DNA of 58,291 bases, the filler included, from Sphacelaria rigidula (taxonomy: Eukaryota), in NCBI GenBank assembly GCA_964200075.2. It is 10 parts of 10 records of this genome, joined end to end, with 100 filler letters (N's around TTAATTAATTAA, not from the genome) between each part and the next. Parts side by side here need not be neighbours in the genome. Positions count along the whole stretch, not along the records: positions 35,036 to 40,774 come from CAXNAA020024834.1; positions 40,875 to 46,613 come from CAXNAA020024835.1; positions 46,714 to 52,452 come from CAXNAA020024836.1; 7 more parts are not named here. The stretch is one strand, 5' to 3'. The position numbers were made by a program, and so were the translations under genes. The notes under the pieces were generated by a model. That model worked only from the letters and a program-made list of their open reading frames with translations. It was not told the DNA's origin and did not search any database. This document shows, piece by piece, positions 35,946 through 48,469 of this stretch (positions are counted from its first letter, which is position 1; the number at the start of each line of letters is the position of its first letter).

Positions 35946-36894
35946 TTCAAGCCCGGACCCAATTAAATTCGATCCCTTGGCCCCAGACCCGCTTTGATGG
36001 CCCAGCGCGAACAGCTGGTAATTATTGGAAGACAAGTTCTTTCGGTAACACGTTGCATGGATCAGGGTTTGGGGACATGGCATACACGGTAAATTGTCAT
36101 GAGGGGTAGTGACCACGAACAGAGCGGAGCTGCTGAGCTGTAGAGCGACGGTCAACACGACCCACACAGAACAACACCACGATAGCCACTGAAAGGGAGC
36201 CAGCAGCATTGATGCGGGTATAGTCATTTTCTTGGGGTATGTTCCGTCTGGGCAGCATAAAGCAACACACACGGCGACGATGGTTGAATTATTTTGTCTC
36301 TGGTCCCGTACCCAGACCTGTGCCGGATGCAGCAGCAAGCTAAGCGCTAATGGAGACTGAAACGCCAACCCCGGTCACCGCAATTACACTGCGGGCACGG
36401 CGACGCTCAAAGCGAACGTTGGGTACACCGACCCGAATTCAAGAGGACAAGACACCGCTTTTGAGGCCGTTGTTGTCCTGGATACCATACCAATGCCGCA
36501 CGGTACTGCACTGCGGCTGCGGACCCCAGAAGGCCGGAAAAACATGTGTGGCGGAGTCCATACTAAAATCAAGCTTTTGCTACATGATGTCCCACATAAT
36601 GTTAAGGGAATGATGAAAAACATAGAATTACACCACTTGAAATAAGTGTTTGTACGATGTGAGTATGACCCGTACCTAGGACAGCGCCGCCTAGATCGCC
36701 GAGATTTACTAGCCTCAAAAAGTCGGCTGACGATATTGTTCCGAAGTTAAGCTTGGCACTCGAAAGGGTCTCGAGTTATTTTTTTTTTGTGGCGAACCGC
36801 ATCTGTTGGAAGTGACAACCGTCCTCCCTCCCCTTGTCCTGTCCTATCTATTATCCTCGCATCACTACAACAATTCCATTTCCTCGCACAACAG

Positions 36895-37239
36895 GTACCT
36901 GGCACAGTGCAAGCCGGGCTTTGAGGCACGGTTGACAGACGTTATCGTAAGCTTGGCACCCGCGGCAGCGCCCAACCCGTCCAAAATGTTAGCCGACGCG
37001 GCGAAATCAGTGCGAGCTAGCGGCGGGGGGGCCAAAGCGGACGCAGCGACGAAAATATCGGCGGCTCGGGAGCGTGCGCGGGCCGCGAGAGAGGGACATG
37101 AAAACGGTCACGCGGAGCGCACGCTCTGCGAGTTTGTGAGGGATATGACGGGAAATTTCTTGGCCGATTCTTTCGGGATTCCGAGCTTTGCTCGCGTTCT
37201 CCGGGTGTTCCTGAGGACCGATTTTCTGCCCTCGGCGAG
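36895..37239 (+). CDS. RPAP1: RNA polymerase II-associated protein 1 (RPAP1/MINIYO), penultimate exon
   Basis: ACAG acceptor, AG|GTGAGC donor; EFVRDMTGNFLADSFGIPSFARVLRVFLRTDF matches the RPAP1/IYO C-terminal motif F...F.AxSFGD..F. Confidence 0.78.
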
Positions 37240-37478
37240 GTGAGCTCCGTTCGTACAGTACACTAGTTTTTCTGGAATTCCTGGTTCTTGCCAGCGCGTC
37301 TTTTTCTGCGGAGAGTGGGAGGATATGGATAGGTGAAAAAGTATCAAAGTAATGGCATGCCGGCTGCATGTGTTACTCGCTTTGAAGGCAACATGTAATG
37401 GAAGTGCTGCTTGATTTGAGCGTTCACCGATGTATGTTCTGTGTTTCTTGACATGTCCACCGCTTTTGATTGTAACAG

Positions 37479-39045
37479 GTGTATCGTGTGGAAAGAGCTC
37501 GGCGCCGTTGGCCTCCTCGGCCTCCTTGACCCCACTCCCTCCCCGAGACGTCCACTCTCCGCATCATCACCTCCCGACACGGCGGCCTGTGGTCACGACT
37601 CCGCGAGTAACGACCAACCTATGGAAGCCAACGACCGAAACCTCGACGCTACAGGCGACCGCAACCGCGACACCGCCGACAGCAAGGCCATCTCTGCCGC
37701 GGTTTTGGACAAAGAAGACCGTTCTCAAAGGCTCCCGAAACCGGAAGATGTTTCTTACGCTTCCGCCACGACCGCAGCGATCGCCACCGCTGAGACGCCA
37801 GCGGCGCGGGTAGGCGAAGATGAGAGCACGCGCATGAACAGTACCAATGCCAGCAGCAAGGAGGGCGACGTTGATGTCGATGCTGATGGTCAGCTGCGGG
37901 CGGAGTCATACCTGTACCCTTCCGATGTAGACAAGGGCATCATAGATGCATACCTCGATGCTTTGGAGCACCCGCGGTTCGGTCCGCCAAGAGGGGGTAG
38001 AAGCGAGCGGTTGGATGGTGGACGCAGGGAAGCCGTGGGAACAGAGCAGCAGCCGCAAGACGGGGAGAAGCAGGGGTGGTCTTTCATGCGATCGGTCGCG
38101 GTGCACCACGTTGCCTGCTACCTGTTTTCCCCTCCGACACCACTACCTGCACGTCCGTCATCATCATCTCTATCGGTAAAATCCTCATGTGCGCCGTCCG
38201 ATGACCCCCTGCAGCAGCAAGGGCAGCAACAGCGGCAGCGACAACACCATGTTGTCGCTGATGACGCGAAAACCTTGGCTGCAAAACGCGACGATAATCA
38301 AGACGCGAGAGCCGTAGTGGTGGACCACGTCGCAGGCGCCGCCGGTAGCGATGGCACTGGAGCTGCTCTTGGGCTAGACGAGCAGCTAGAGGGCACGGTG
38401 GGTGAAGCAGCCATTGGTAGTGTCGACCACAGGGAATCACCGCCGGGTGCTGTCCCTCCTGGCTCGTCCTGCTGGCGGCCCGATTTCGGAAGGCGTAAGA
38501 GGTTTGAGCGGGTATTGCTCATGGGGTCGCCGTCTTCAATGGAACAAGGAAAACAAAGTGGTGGTGGTTGGGGTGGTGACTGCGCGACGGGAGTAGCAGA
38601 GATGGTGCTGGGTTATGAGTGGGGAGATAGTACTGCTGGGCAGGTGGGGGAAGGGAAGACTAAGAAGTCCGACGGGCCACAAGATGGGGCTATGGTGGAG
38701 AATGTTCATAATAATATTGGTGGTGGATGCGTGGAGAAAAATGGCGGATGCCCAGATAATGACGGCGGTGCATGTCCGCGGTCTTCTTCAGGGGTAGTTT
38801 CAATGCAGAGCGGTCTGCCGTCGTTGCCAAGGACGAAGTGTTTGTGGTCCTCGTTGTTGGGGCCTGACCGCCGCAACGCTCTGCAGGCTTATTGTCGTGT
38901 TTATGCTACTACAGGTGGTGGTGTTGATGGTCGTGATGGCCTTAGTGATGTGGATATTGCTGCCTGGTTAGGAGGGGAGGGAGAGAGACGGGTGGAGGAC
39001 GTTGTGCACCGCTTGCGTGCCAGGCTTCGTCGTTCTCCTCCGTGA
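37479..39045 (+). CDS. RPAP1: RPAP1/MINIYO terminal exon with long low-complexity insertions
   Basis: TAACAG acceptor in phase with the previous exon, open to TGA; motifs R..VWKEL....LL.LL, YLYP..D..IIDAY and AVHHVA.YLF as in the RPAP1/IYO C-terminus. Confidence 0.8.
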
Positions 39046-39876
39046 GCTTTGAGGGAGTTCTTTGTGTTGCGAAGTAAAAGCATATGGGTGACTTTGCGTG
39101 CCCCGTTGGTGACTGACTGCTGCGTGTAGAAACGCACGGAGTAATGACGTGCTTCGTTCCTACGGATAATGCACCTTGGCCACCGCGCCTCGGTGCTCTT
39201 GGCTGGTACACCAACGGCCAGTCAAGGCGCAAGAGTCCGGGTTCGGATGCCGACATATGGTATTTCCGTGGAGGTGGGTTTGCCTTTGCTCGGCTGCAAT
39301 CTGCCCGGGGTTGGCACATTTTTGAAGTAACCCTAACCCAAACCCGAGGCTCACCGGGAACCCTCGGGTGAAGGGGGTGCAGAGGGTGCTTTGAGCAAAG
39401 TGTGCGTGAGCAGACCTCAGATCGGCGCCGCTAGCGCCGACTTGAGCAAGGATATGTTTTGAGCAAGCTGAGAGCGCTCGGGACTGTCAGGCCCACTAAA
39501 GATCCGAATGTGCGTTCTACACTCAAATCAAGTAATATCAACTATGGATAGTTTGTAGCCGAAGTAGGGGTAAATTCACTGTTTTCATTAGTAGAATCTG
39601 GTTTTCGCCATTGAAAAGCGTCACGACGTAAGCACCAAAGAATAGTTCGATATGATTCGATGTGGGGTGAAAATGCTGACCCAAGTCCCCAAATCACAAA
39701 ATGTCAGGCAGGTACCGGGCGAGAGATCTGTGGTTGATCCCTTGAACCCTACGGACTCGTCAGGGGAAGGGGTTGAAATTATCACGCCAAAAATATACTG
39801 GTTTTACTGCATGATATTTTCAGGATCGGCGAGTGCTTTGTAGTTGACTTACTACCCTTTCTTCCCAAGTGCTGGA

Positions 39877-40700
39877 TTTTACTGTTCGGACGCATCAAAT
39901 CGTGAGTCGACTCACATTCAACACGTGGACGAATCAATCATACGATTCGTACACTAATTGTGATTCGTTCACATTTTGGGTTCAACAACATTTTCGTGAG
40001 ATTGAGAGTCGATAATATACAATTGAGAGTGAGAAACAGTCAATCGATTAATTAAATAATTTCAGTTCCGAAATGCCCTTCCACGAGGCCCGATACACTC
40101 TTTGTGATTGCCTGCCACTGATCCTTTTGATATCCCTGGGTAGGATATCGACGTGTAGCTGTAAGCATACGACAGTATTACACGCAAGTAAAAGCATACA
40201 CCAAAATGAAAAAATGGTCAAGTTGAAGCGAACAATAGAACTCAACTCTCAATCAACGCTAGGCACACAAATTCACGAGAACATTGTTCGTGATTCGTAC
40301 GACACAACTTGGAGTGTACACATTCCCACTTCGTGATTCGTGCGGTACACCATCGAAGGCACATGTTTCCTACCTTTCATTCGTAGGGTATGAATCATAG
40401 ATACGTGTTTCCTACCTCCCATTCATGTGGTGTTTTTATCATAGATAGGTTCATGTTTCCCAATTTCCAGTCATGCAGCACGAAGCATAGGTCTAGATAG
40501 GCAGACGTCCCGCGCCTTCCATTCATGCATACGCCATAAATCACAGAAACAGGTTTCGCCCCTTCCATCTATGCAGCATGAATCACACGTACATGTTTCT
40601 TCTACCTTCCATTCATGGGAGGTGAATCAAGCGTATACGTTTCTAATTTTTTCTCATTCATTCAGCATGAATCATACGTACATAAACCCCACCTTCCACT
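39877..40700 (+). repeat. Dispersed repeat with a ~42-bp degenerate minisatellite (~9 units), interrupted by a MITE
   Basis: Units like ACATGTTTCCTACCTTCCATTCATG..ATGAATCA in 40360-40700; homologue at 6120-6495. Confidence 0.75.
39983..40289 (-). mobile_element. GTTTTCGTGAGAT-TIR MITE nested in the 39877 repeat
   Basis: Inverted homologue of 23577-23863; the empty site GGGTTCGTG is seen in the homologous repeat at ~6390. Confidence 0.78.
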
Positions 40701-40774
40701 CGTAAACAGCCGATCATCTATGTTGAGGATGGTGCTTTTCATTGAGGATGAGAACCCGGAGGATTAAAATCTTC

Positions 40775-40874
40775 NNNNNNNNNNNNNNNNNNNNNNNNNN
40801 NNNNNNNNNNNNNNNNNNTTAATTAATTAANNNNNNNNNNNNNNNNNNNNNNNNNNNNNNNNNNNNNNNNNNNN
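40775..40874. other. Artificial contig spacer
   Basis: N44-TTAATTAATTAA-N44. Confidence 0.98.

Positions 40875-40929
<55 letters not shown>
40875..40929 (+). repeat. (TAA)18 microsatellite at contig start
   Basis: Direct observation. Confidence 0.92.
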
Positions 40930-40930
<1 letters not shown>

Positions 40931-41574
40931 CTTGCACGGGTTCTCCACCGTGTCAGGTGAAAAACGCGATAATATTTTTGAAACCTCTCTCGTTTTTTTC
41001 GTCGAAAGTCTGTTCAGCTTGTTCGTGACCGCGCGCCCCCATAGCTGCAGGCGCGAAAACTAGACATCGGCCCCAAAATGGCTATATTTCGATGTTATCG
41101 CTGCCCCTCTCTTCCCCCCTCCCGAATCAAGGCAGATACTCGGATACAATGGTCAAACACGAAATATTTCCGTGTTCGTTCAGCCTTTCTTCTTGCATTG
41201 GAAGTATTACGCCTTCTGGGACACCGTGGAGCTGTACGAAAACCTGTATCCCACTCGTCACGGTCATACTCGGCCGAAATGATCAAAGTACCCGCCAAAA
41301 CGAGTCAAAATGGCCAACAAGTGGGTAATTGCGACCTATTAATTATCAACGATTTCGACCTAGATTTTGCTTTCTAGCGAGCACCTACAAGTGTAGTCTT
41401 CTCATCGGACGTATCAGTGGCATTGCAAGAACATCTGATACGGAGACATGATGTGTAAACCATACCCAAGCTCACGTATGGGCCAGAGGCAGAATTAAAC
41501 TCAACGGAATGATTTAAATGTCAGAATAATACGCACGTGCGTCGATTGCATTCCCAATTGTTGTTCAAACCCAC

Positions 41575-41650
41575 CTGCGGAGGCGAAGAAGACAGCGGCG
41601 AGCCCTCGCGCAAGGAGCAAGATGGTGTCCATGCTTGTGGGCGTGCTCAT
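41575..41650 (-). CDS. Possible first coding exon with a hydrophobic signal/TM segment
   Basis: Upstream GCAG acceptor (41661), ATG, CAG|GTGGGT donor; MSTPTSMDTILLLARGLAAVFFASAG. Confidence 0.42.
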
Positions 41651-43942
41651 GGTATAACGTCTGCCAGAAGGTATGAACTGTTCGTTATGGGAGGAAAATG
41701 ACGCCGATGGATTGAACGAGGGAATTCGTCAGCGTAGCAGTCACTGGCTACAGTGACTGTGATGCTAACATTGCATTTAATGCAACCGGGTGCGGAGCCA
41801 GATTCATCCATGTCACGGTCTTACTGGTGAGTGTGCCAGCTGTTGTGCAAGTGAAACATCTTTACCATCATGATCAGAGTATCACCGAGAAATTCAGTAG
41901 CCACCGGTCTGGGGCGGTGTGATCGGGGTAAACTACCACAAGACGGCAGATCTCATTCAAGTAGCGACGCGAAAACACATGGTGTGCTATGACAGTAACC
42001 TCATGACGCACTTCAATCGTACATATCGACACGCCGCTCTGACCGGGGATATTAGCCGGATACATGCAACATGGTCCAGCGTTTGCCTATTTACAAGTTT
42101 CGAAATGCGGGTTCAAGCTCCCGCATTCCCAATCATCAGGTTTGTCTATTGTTTTCCGTCCGCTGCTTTCATTTGTGTTCTTTGAATTTTCTTAACTTGA
42201 GGTAATTGTTGTAGAGCATGTGGAGGTTGTATTTTGAGTTTTTTCTATTGAACCTGACCACGTAACGAGTTGTTCGAGGTTTCGAAGGATACAACGGTTC
42301 TTCGGGTGGCCACAACAATTGTCACGACGCTCAGCAACTAAAGAATGAAAACAAAACGCGATTCGGTTTCAGGGCGATGGATGCAAAACACCCCGTGAAT
42401 TGGTTATATCAATCCTAGACGATTATCTGGGTGGGGGGAGGGGTGTTTGCCGGGGAACACCAGAGTGTTCAAAAATATCATCCTTTCTGTTCATCCTATG
42501 AAGTATCCCGGAACTGGATCACATGGACATTTTCGAATAAGCTTCCATATTGATCTCTCATTTGCGAGATTGGCATTTGTTTCACGGACAGAGCGATAGT
42601 TTTTTGTTTTCGCCAAGAACAAGAATGAAAAGCAGAGAAGGGAATGAGAACCAACACATGAACATGCGGAGAGGCGGGGATGAGCCGGAAACTGGCGACC
42701 CGTGGGTCCGACTCAGATACATTGGGAATCATTCATGGGATCGTTCTGCACGATTTTCCGAACTTTACCTAATCCTTGTTTTGAACCAACTCAACGACTC
42801 TACAGCCGGTACATTTTTGAAGTAAACGCTGCAGAATTTCGAGTGGCACACAGTCTATACTTGGATCATGGTAACGGACCCTGCCTGTACCATTTAACGT
42901 TTCTTTTAACTCCGTTTTTTGCTGCTTAATCATCAATCTTGTCACCTTCAGTATGAAGACGATTGCTGACATTCCGTCTTGTATCTCTAGAAGTCATGAT
43001 GCGCACGACGGTGCACGAAGCGCTTGCATGCAGTGTGCACGTCCCTGCACGTGTGTATGATGTGCGTTGGCGAATAAGGAAATACATGCATGCGTTCAAA
43101 GTCCAACTGCCCGTCGGGCAACGGGGTGGCGGGGCCGGAACATCGACCCTAGTTAATGATCAATAATACACAGTGAAACCCGTTTTGCTATGCACCAGCA
43201 CAAGAGCCAAAGAGAGAAAGTCGACCAAGAGCCAAAGAGAGAAAGTCGACACCATGTTGTTCTCCGCTGAAGCATAAACACATTCGAAGGCGAGAGAGGA
43301 AAGCAGCATTGTATTATGATTTTCGGTACAAGTACCCATAGTACGAAGCACCCTTACGCGTGTTTCGCTCAGCTCGCACTTGAAACTTGTGCTACCGTAC
43401 TTAATAATAAGCTATTCGGTCGCGTCAGACTACTTCCTGCCCATTGGGGCCCTAGCCTTCGTAGCCTGTGCGTGTCATTAGTAAACCGCCCCCGTCACGA
43501 GCAGACATTTCGCTCGGACGGATCTCTCAAGCCTCTTGGAACGGACAACCCTTCTGTAGTGCGTGCGTTCTTCTCGGGCATGTGTGTTCGTGCGTGACTC
43601 AAGAGAGAGGCTCATGGCAAGGCTGTGGGGGGGAGTAGTCACTGCTCCTGTTGCCGGTACTCTGTAGGTTACAGCTTATAGACGAAGCGTCGTCGGCTGG
43701 GTGGAGGTATAGGTGGTCTCTTCGTACTCTAATCGTCAATTACTCATCACTCGTGCTTTATCCAGTGATTTCAATTGCCTATCTCACTCTTCTTGTTCAT
43801 TCACGATAAAACCAACGATCGAACTTCAGGGAGCGTCCTTCCACATTCGACAGCATACAGGCCCAACACTCGCTCTTCTCCCTGGTCATCGACAAAAGTC
43901 TCGATCCAGTCGCAGTCTCTCCCGATATTTTGGCGCGCTCAG

Positions 43943-44067
43943 TGATTGACTGCGAGCCTGGTCCGGCGAAAACCCGGCGTGCTCCGTCCCGGCTTCGTAG
44001 GGATGCGACGTCAATGGTCATACGACTATGGCATGCGAGAACATGAGCACATCCTTCACCCCCCCCT
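43943..44067 (+). repeat. Family A long copy
   Basis: Closely similar to 7729-7845, ends in a C-run. Confidence 0.85.
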
Positions 44068-46026
44068 AAGTTGGATATCCCAACGCATCCGTTCGGGGCT
44101 CGATATTCTATCTTCGACCGGAGATACGACCGCGCTAAGCTGAGACCGCACATATGCAGCGACATAGTCAATTCTTTCCATGTAACCTGTTCTCAATTTT
44201 TCGAGGAACACACGGCCCACACGATTTTAATAGTGGTTAAACACGCAAATATTTTCTTCCGAAGCTCGATCTCAACCTTCTCTACTTGGACATGTCAACG
44301 CACCCTGTTGAAGACAGAGAATTTTTTTTCAAAGCTGCATCTCAAACTTGTTGCCTAATTCATCTAAACGCACCCTCTCTGGGCTCGAGAGTCCATCTCA
44401 AAGCCGAGATACAGGTTGGCGTGAATGATCCTCGGATCATAAACGATTTCAATGATTCCAATGAACGTCATCGACTTTCTACATACACACATACGCACAC
44501 ACGTCGCCACTCTTGCGGGCGGGCAGGCGAGGTAAAGACGCCTGCCGTACGGCCAGGTTCGGCGGAGAGTATAGCAAAACCCGAAACAGGGGAATCATGT
44601 TCTGTGGAAAGACTACGTACCTCCGCGCATGCGTTGAAGACGAAGGGTTTGCGAAGATTACACTAATTACACTGAGAATGCTGGATGATGTACGACAAAG
44701 AGAGAGCAAAAGAGAAAGAGCTGTGAGAACGAGAAACTGCTGCTTTATATTTCAAATAACCCTGGTTCGGACGATGGCTTGCATGAAGCTACAATGTGTG
44801 TCGCCAGCAACCGGCTTGGGCTATTTCTTATCGTCCGTACATTTCTGTTGTATAAAATGGGAAGACTTCGCGAACTTGAAGGAAAGATACTGGGGTGTGG
44901 AGCTAGGGCGAGTGCGGAAAGTCGGGTTCGACGTTCCCCTCGTCATTATGGTGAGAGGGTACTCTCTATACTGGTAGTGCGTGGTCGTGCGCGCCTATCA
45001 TATATCCCTCAATGGGGGGAGCTTTGCTTGTCAGAAGCGTTCCTCAAATTGCGATCTTCAGCATGTCAACGGAGGTCCTCGCTGTAACCATTTAGTGCTG
45101 GACATGTTTGCTGGAACATTTTGTGTGGCAGGCAGGACCCAACGGACTACGAGGAGAGTTTCTGGGGTGACGACCTCGATCGAGTATGGCAGAGAGTATG
45201 TCACTCTTCTCGTCTTGTGAGTGGAGGATACCCTCTATATTCGGGGTAGTCGGCCTTGCTCGACCATTATATTTCCACCAACGGAGGAAATTGTGCCTCC
45301 AACCTTGAAACCATTCCTTATAATAGGCTCCTCATTGCCCAGCTAACATTACGTTTGTAGGTGATGCTATAGGTTTGCATCGCCCGCAAAGGGCTCGATT
45401 GTAGAGAGTGGTGCCGTTGACTGCTGCTGGGCTTGGTCAGATGTTCGATCTCTGGTCCTCTTCGGAAAACCGTCATGTTTTCCCGGTGGAACTCACGTTT
45501 TGGAAATGGTCAGTCGGCTAGCGCGGTCGATGCTAATAATGACCCCCCAGTCCTACCTCCCCTCCCACACACAAATATATACATCGCAAAAAGCGAAAAC
45601 CAGGACAAGCTTCATCACACAAACTACACACGTACATCTACGTTTAGATGCTACTGTAGCCGCAATGCCGCTTCTATCTCTCCGTTTTAATCCTGAAGTC
45701 CAGAGCAAGGCCCAATTCCAAATGCTAATTTTTAGGGCTGTGAACTGGCTGCTCCGGCCAGTTAAGTTTAAACTGGCCGCGCCAGCGGCCAGTACATCGA
45801 TTGTTCTCCAGTTAATCGTCGGAGCCGCCGCGAGCCGCCAATGCCCTCCCCCGGCTGGTGAGGGGGGCCCGCGGGAGTGCCGCCGGAGGCGAGGAAAATT
45901 GCATTATTTGGCTTGTTTTTCCTTCGAAAATGTGGAAAATTGTAGGAAATGTGACCCCTCGCATTGAGGAGCTGAAAGTCTTAGATGACACAGGAGTGCC
46001 CCAAAAAACTCCGAGACTCTATGTAC

Positions 46027-46110
46027 ACCCCCCCCCCCCCTCCTCCCCAACGGTCTTATGACTATGACATGCATGATCATGAGTACACTCCTCCCTCCCC
46101 CCTCCCCCCT
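46027..46110 (+). repeat. Family A short copy between C-runs
   Basis: C-run, AACGGTCTTATGACTATGACATGCATGATCATGAGTACAC, C-rich run. Confidence 0.8.
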
Positions 46111-46525
46111 CTGGCGGTCGTAATTATTTCTGTTTTTTTCACATTAAAAAACACTCAATAAATAGCCATTTTGAAGAGACTTGGGTGAGGTAGCGCCCAT
46201 GATTGTTGGCCCTATCTGCCATCACAAGATGCGACGCACATTGGACGCAAATTGACGGTGCAGGTAGATGCGTTTAGCTTGATTGAGCAAGCATTGCCGA
46301 GCATTGTAGTATTTGTCTGGTCTTGTTCTTGTTGTGGAAGTGTGATGTACAATGTATTGCCGAAACCCATAAATATAACTTGGCCTTACTTGGCTCCGAA
46401 GTTATGCAAATAATTAAAGCTCCATGAGCACGAATTTGATTTTTTTTATTTGAAAATATTTTTAAGTATTGTTTATTATCTATATCATATTTCTAATTCT
46501 TTATTCATGTATGAGATTTAGTAAA

Positions 46526-46613
46526 CCCCCCCCCCCCGCGAAAACTCATGCTCCGTCTCGAAAGGGATGCGTGGTCAATGGTCAAACGACTAAAGCAAGC
46601 AACAAATAAGTAC
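46526..46613 (+). repeat. Family A variant at contig end
   Basis: C-run, GCGAAAACTCATGCTCCGTCTCGAAAGGGATGCGTGGTCAATGGTCAAACGACTA...AGTAC. Confidence 0.78.
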
Positions 46614-46713
46614 NNNNNNNNNNNNNNNNNNNNNNNNNNNNNNNNNNNNNNNNNNNNTTAATTAATTAANNNNNNNNNNNNNNNNNNNNNNNNNNNNNNN
46701 NNNNNNNNNNNNN
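46614..46713. other. Artificial contig spacer
   Basis: N44-TTAATTAATTAA-N44. Confidence 0.98.
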
Positions 46714-47481
46714 GTTGTTCCATAAATTTTCTTGGGGTAAACCGGTAGTGCATAATAGAAAAAACAAGAACAGCTCGTTAACTTTTTATTTTTTTCTATT
46801 TTTCTTCCATTTTTTTTCCAATTTTTTTCGTGTTGTTCGTGAAGTTTTGAGGAGAAATGTACATCGCTGTTACGCCTTATCTCAAAGTTTTAGCTCAATT
46901 TTTATAATTTTGATTTAAAAGTTAGCATGGAGGACAACAAACGAGTGCCGAATTACAAGAAAAAATGTGCCTTATTACTATTTCTTTTTCATAGAGGTTA
47001 GGGCGTTCTCGTGAAGAAATGGTCTTTACCATACTAAAACGCCCTCAACCAGTGGAAAAATGAATAAAAAAATCTTGACCACTGAGTTTGGTTAATTACG
47101 CGCTGACGAGGGCCCACACAAAATTTCAATACACTACAACCAAACGTGGGGCGGTGAGTTGCCTGCAAAAAAATGTTCCGAATTTCTACCGATCCGATTC
47201 TGAAATATGGTATGGACAATGCATAGGGCATAATAAAAAAATCGGAAAGAAGCACCGGAAGTTTTTTTTTTCCGTGAGTTAAGGGCAATAAACAGTTTTC
47301 AGGTTTTAGCAAAACGCCCTTACCTCACGAAAAAAAAAAACTTCTGGTGCTTCTTTCCGATTTTTTTATTATGCCCTAAGCATTATCCATATCAAATATC
47401 AGGGTTCAACTCCAAATATTGCCCAACGCATCCGCCAAATCCGCAAACTTTCATGCAGCCTCTAGGCTGGCCCAGCTCGTA
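46714..47481 (-). mobile_element. Copy of the mariner-like CGAGCTGGGCCAGCC-TIR element (contig-truncated)
   Basis: Ends TCTAGGCTGGCCCAGCTCG|TA; internal hairpin 47200-47402; homologous to 24467-25030. Confidence 0.8.
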
Positions 47482-47727
47482 TGGGTTTTGCGTAATCCTG
47501 TGAAAGGGTAGTATCTGGCAGGGTTGTCTGCACCACAGGAGTTACGGGCCGCTTCGTTCATCCCGCCGCTCGTTTCGCTCGAAAAAGCCAAGATTTCCAC
47601 AGGCACTGTAGTTAAGGTACCGTACCGAGCGTACCCCCCGGTATTTACTAGGGTATCCCATACCGTGGTACCAGTAGGTATCGTAGGTATAACATTTGAA
47701 AATACCGGATTGGGCGGGTAGGGTAGG

Positions 47728-47915
47728 TATTGATTGATTGATTGATTGATTGATTCTCGCACTTTAACCCTTAGACCGCGAGGTTAGTCTTCTGATAAAT
47801 CGGCATCAATTTCAAGTGAGGAAAAGTATGCATGATCCAGAGAGAACAATCTCGGGGTCTAAGGGTTAACTGCCCCCCCAGGAGTCCAGCCGTGGTCTCA
47901 TGATAGACGTATCCC
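47728..47915 (-). repeat. Non-LTR-like 3' tail with (CAAT)n, split by a piggyBac-like MITE
   Basis: (ATTG)n-CTCGCACT-TTAA[MITE]TTAA-CTGCCCCCCCAGGAGTCCAGCCGTGGTC; compare 56742-56820. Confidence 0.7.
47768..47865 (+). mobile_element. 98-bp piggyBac-like MITE with TTAA TSD
   Basis: TTAA|CCCTTAGACC.CGAG...CTCG.GGTCTAAGGG|TTAA. Confidence 0.9.
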
Positions 47916-48469
47916 AAAAAAAAATTCCTGTACTGCGTCAGAGGCTGCCAGTACAGCCAGTACATACCCATCTTACGTTCGTCCTATATCATGCCCACTA
48001 AACCATATGGAAACCCACCGAAACTGCGCCGCATGAGAGGCAGGAGAGGAGAGAGGTTGAGAACAGGGCACACACACACTAGAGGGAGACCACAAAATCG
48101 ATGAACCAGTGTCACTAGCAGCAGCAGCCCGCCCGCTTCAGACCCGAGCCCGGGGCCGCAGATCCTTGAACCCGCCGCGGCCTCCAGCGAATCACGATTG
48201 TTGAAGTTCTTCTCTGGGTATACTAACAACTATTTGAAGAAGAAACGTCATCACACCCGGGCAGGCATAATCGAAGTGACCCAAAATCACCCAAAAAATA
48301 TTTTTCAGTGAAGCCAAATCGCGTGAGGTACGCCTCCGGCGGGGCCCCCTCACCAGCCAGGGGGGGCCGTTGGTCGTGGCTGTGCCGCGACACGAATGTA
48401 CTGATAAGACCCAGGAAACTGGCTGTGGAGAGCGGCCAGTTCTTCTGGTACTGGCGCGAAGCGCCAGTC

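Noticed and set aside
38258..38272. CTGATGA-CGC-GAAA minimal hammerhead-like core
   Set aside because: It lies inside the RPAP1 coding exon, has no stem II and no convincing flanking stems; chance match.
43700..44470. Minus-strand coding-like fragments, possibly an old retroelement
   Set aside because: Multiple stops and no diagnostic RT or endonuclease motif that I could recognise.
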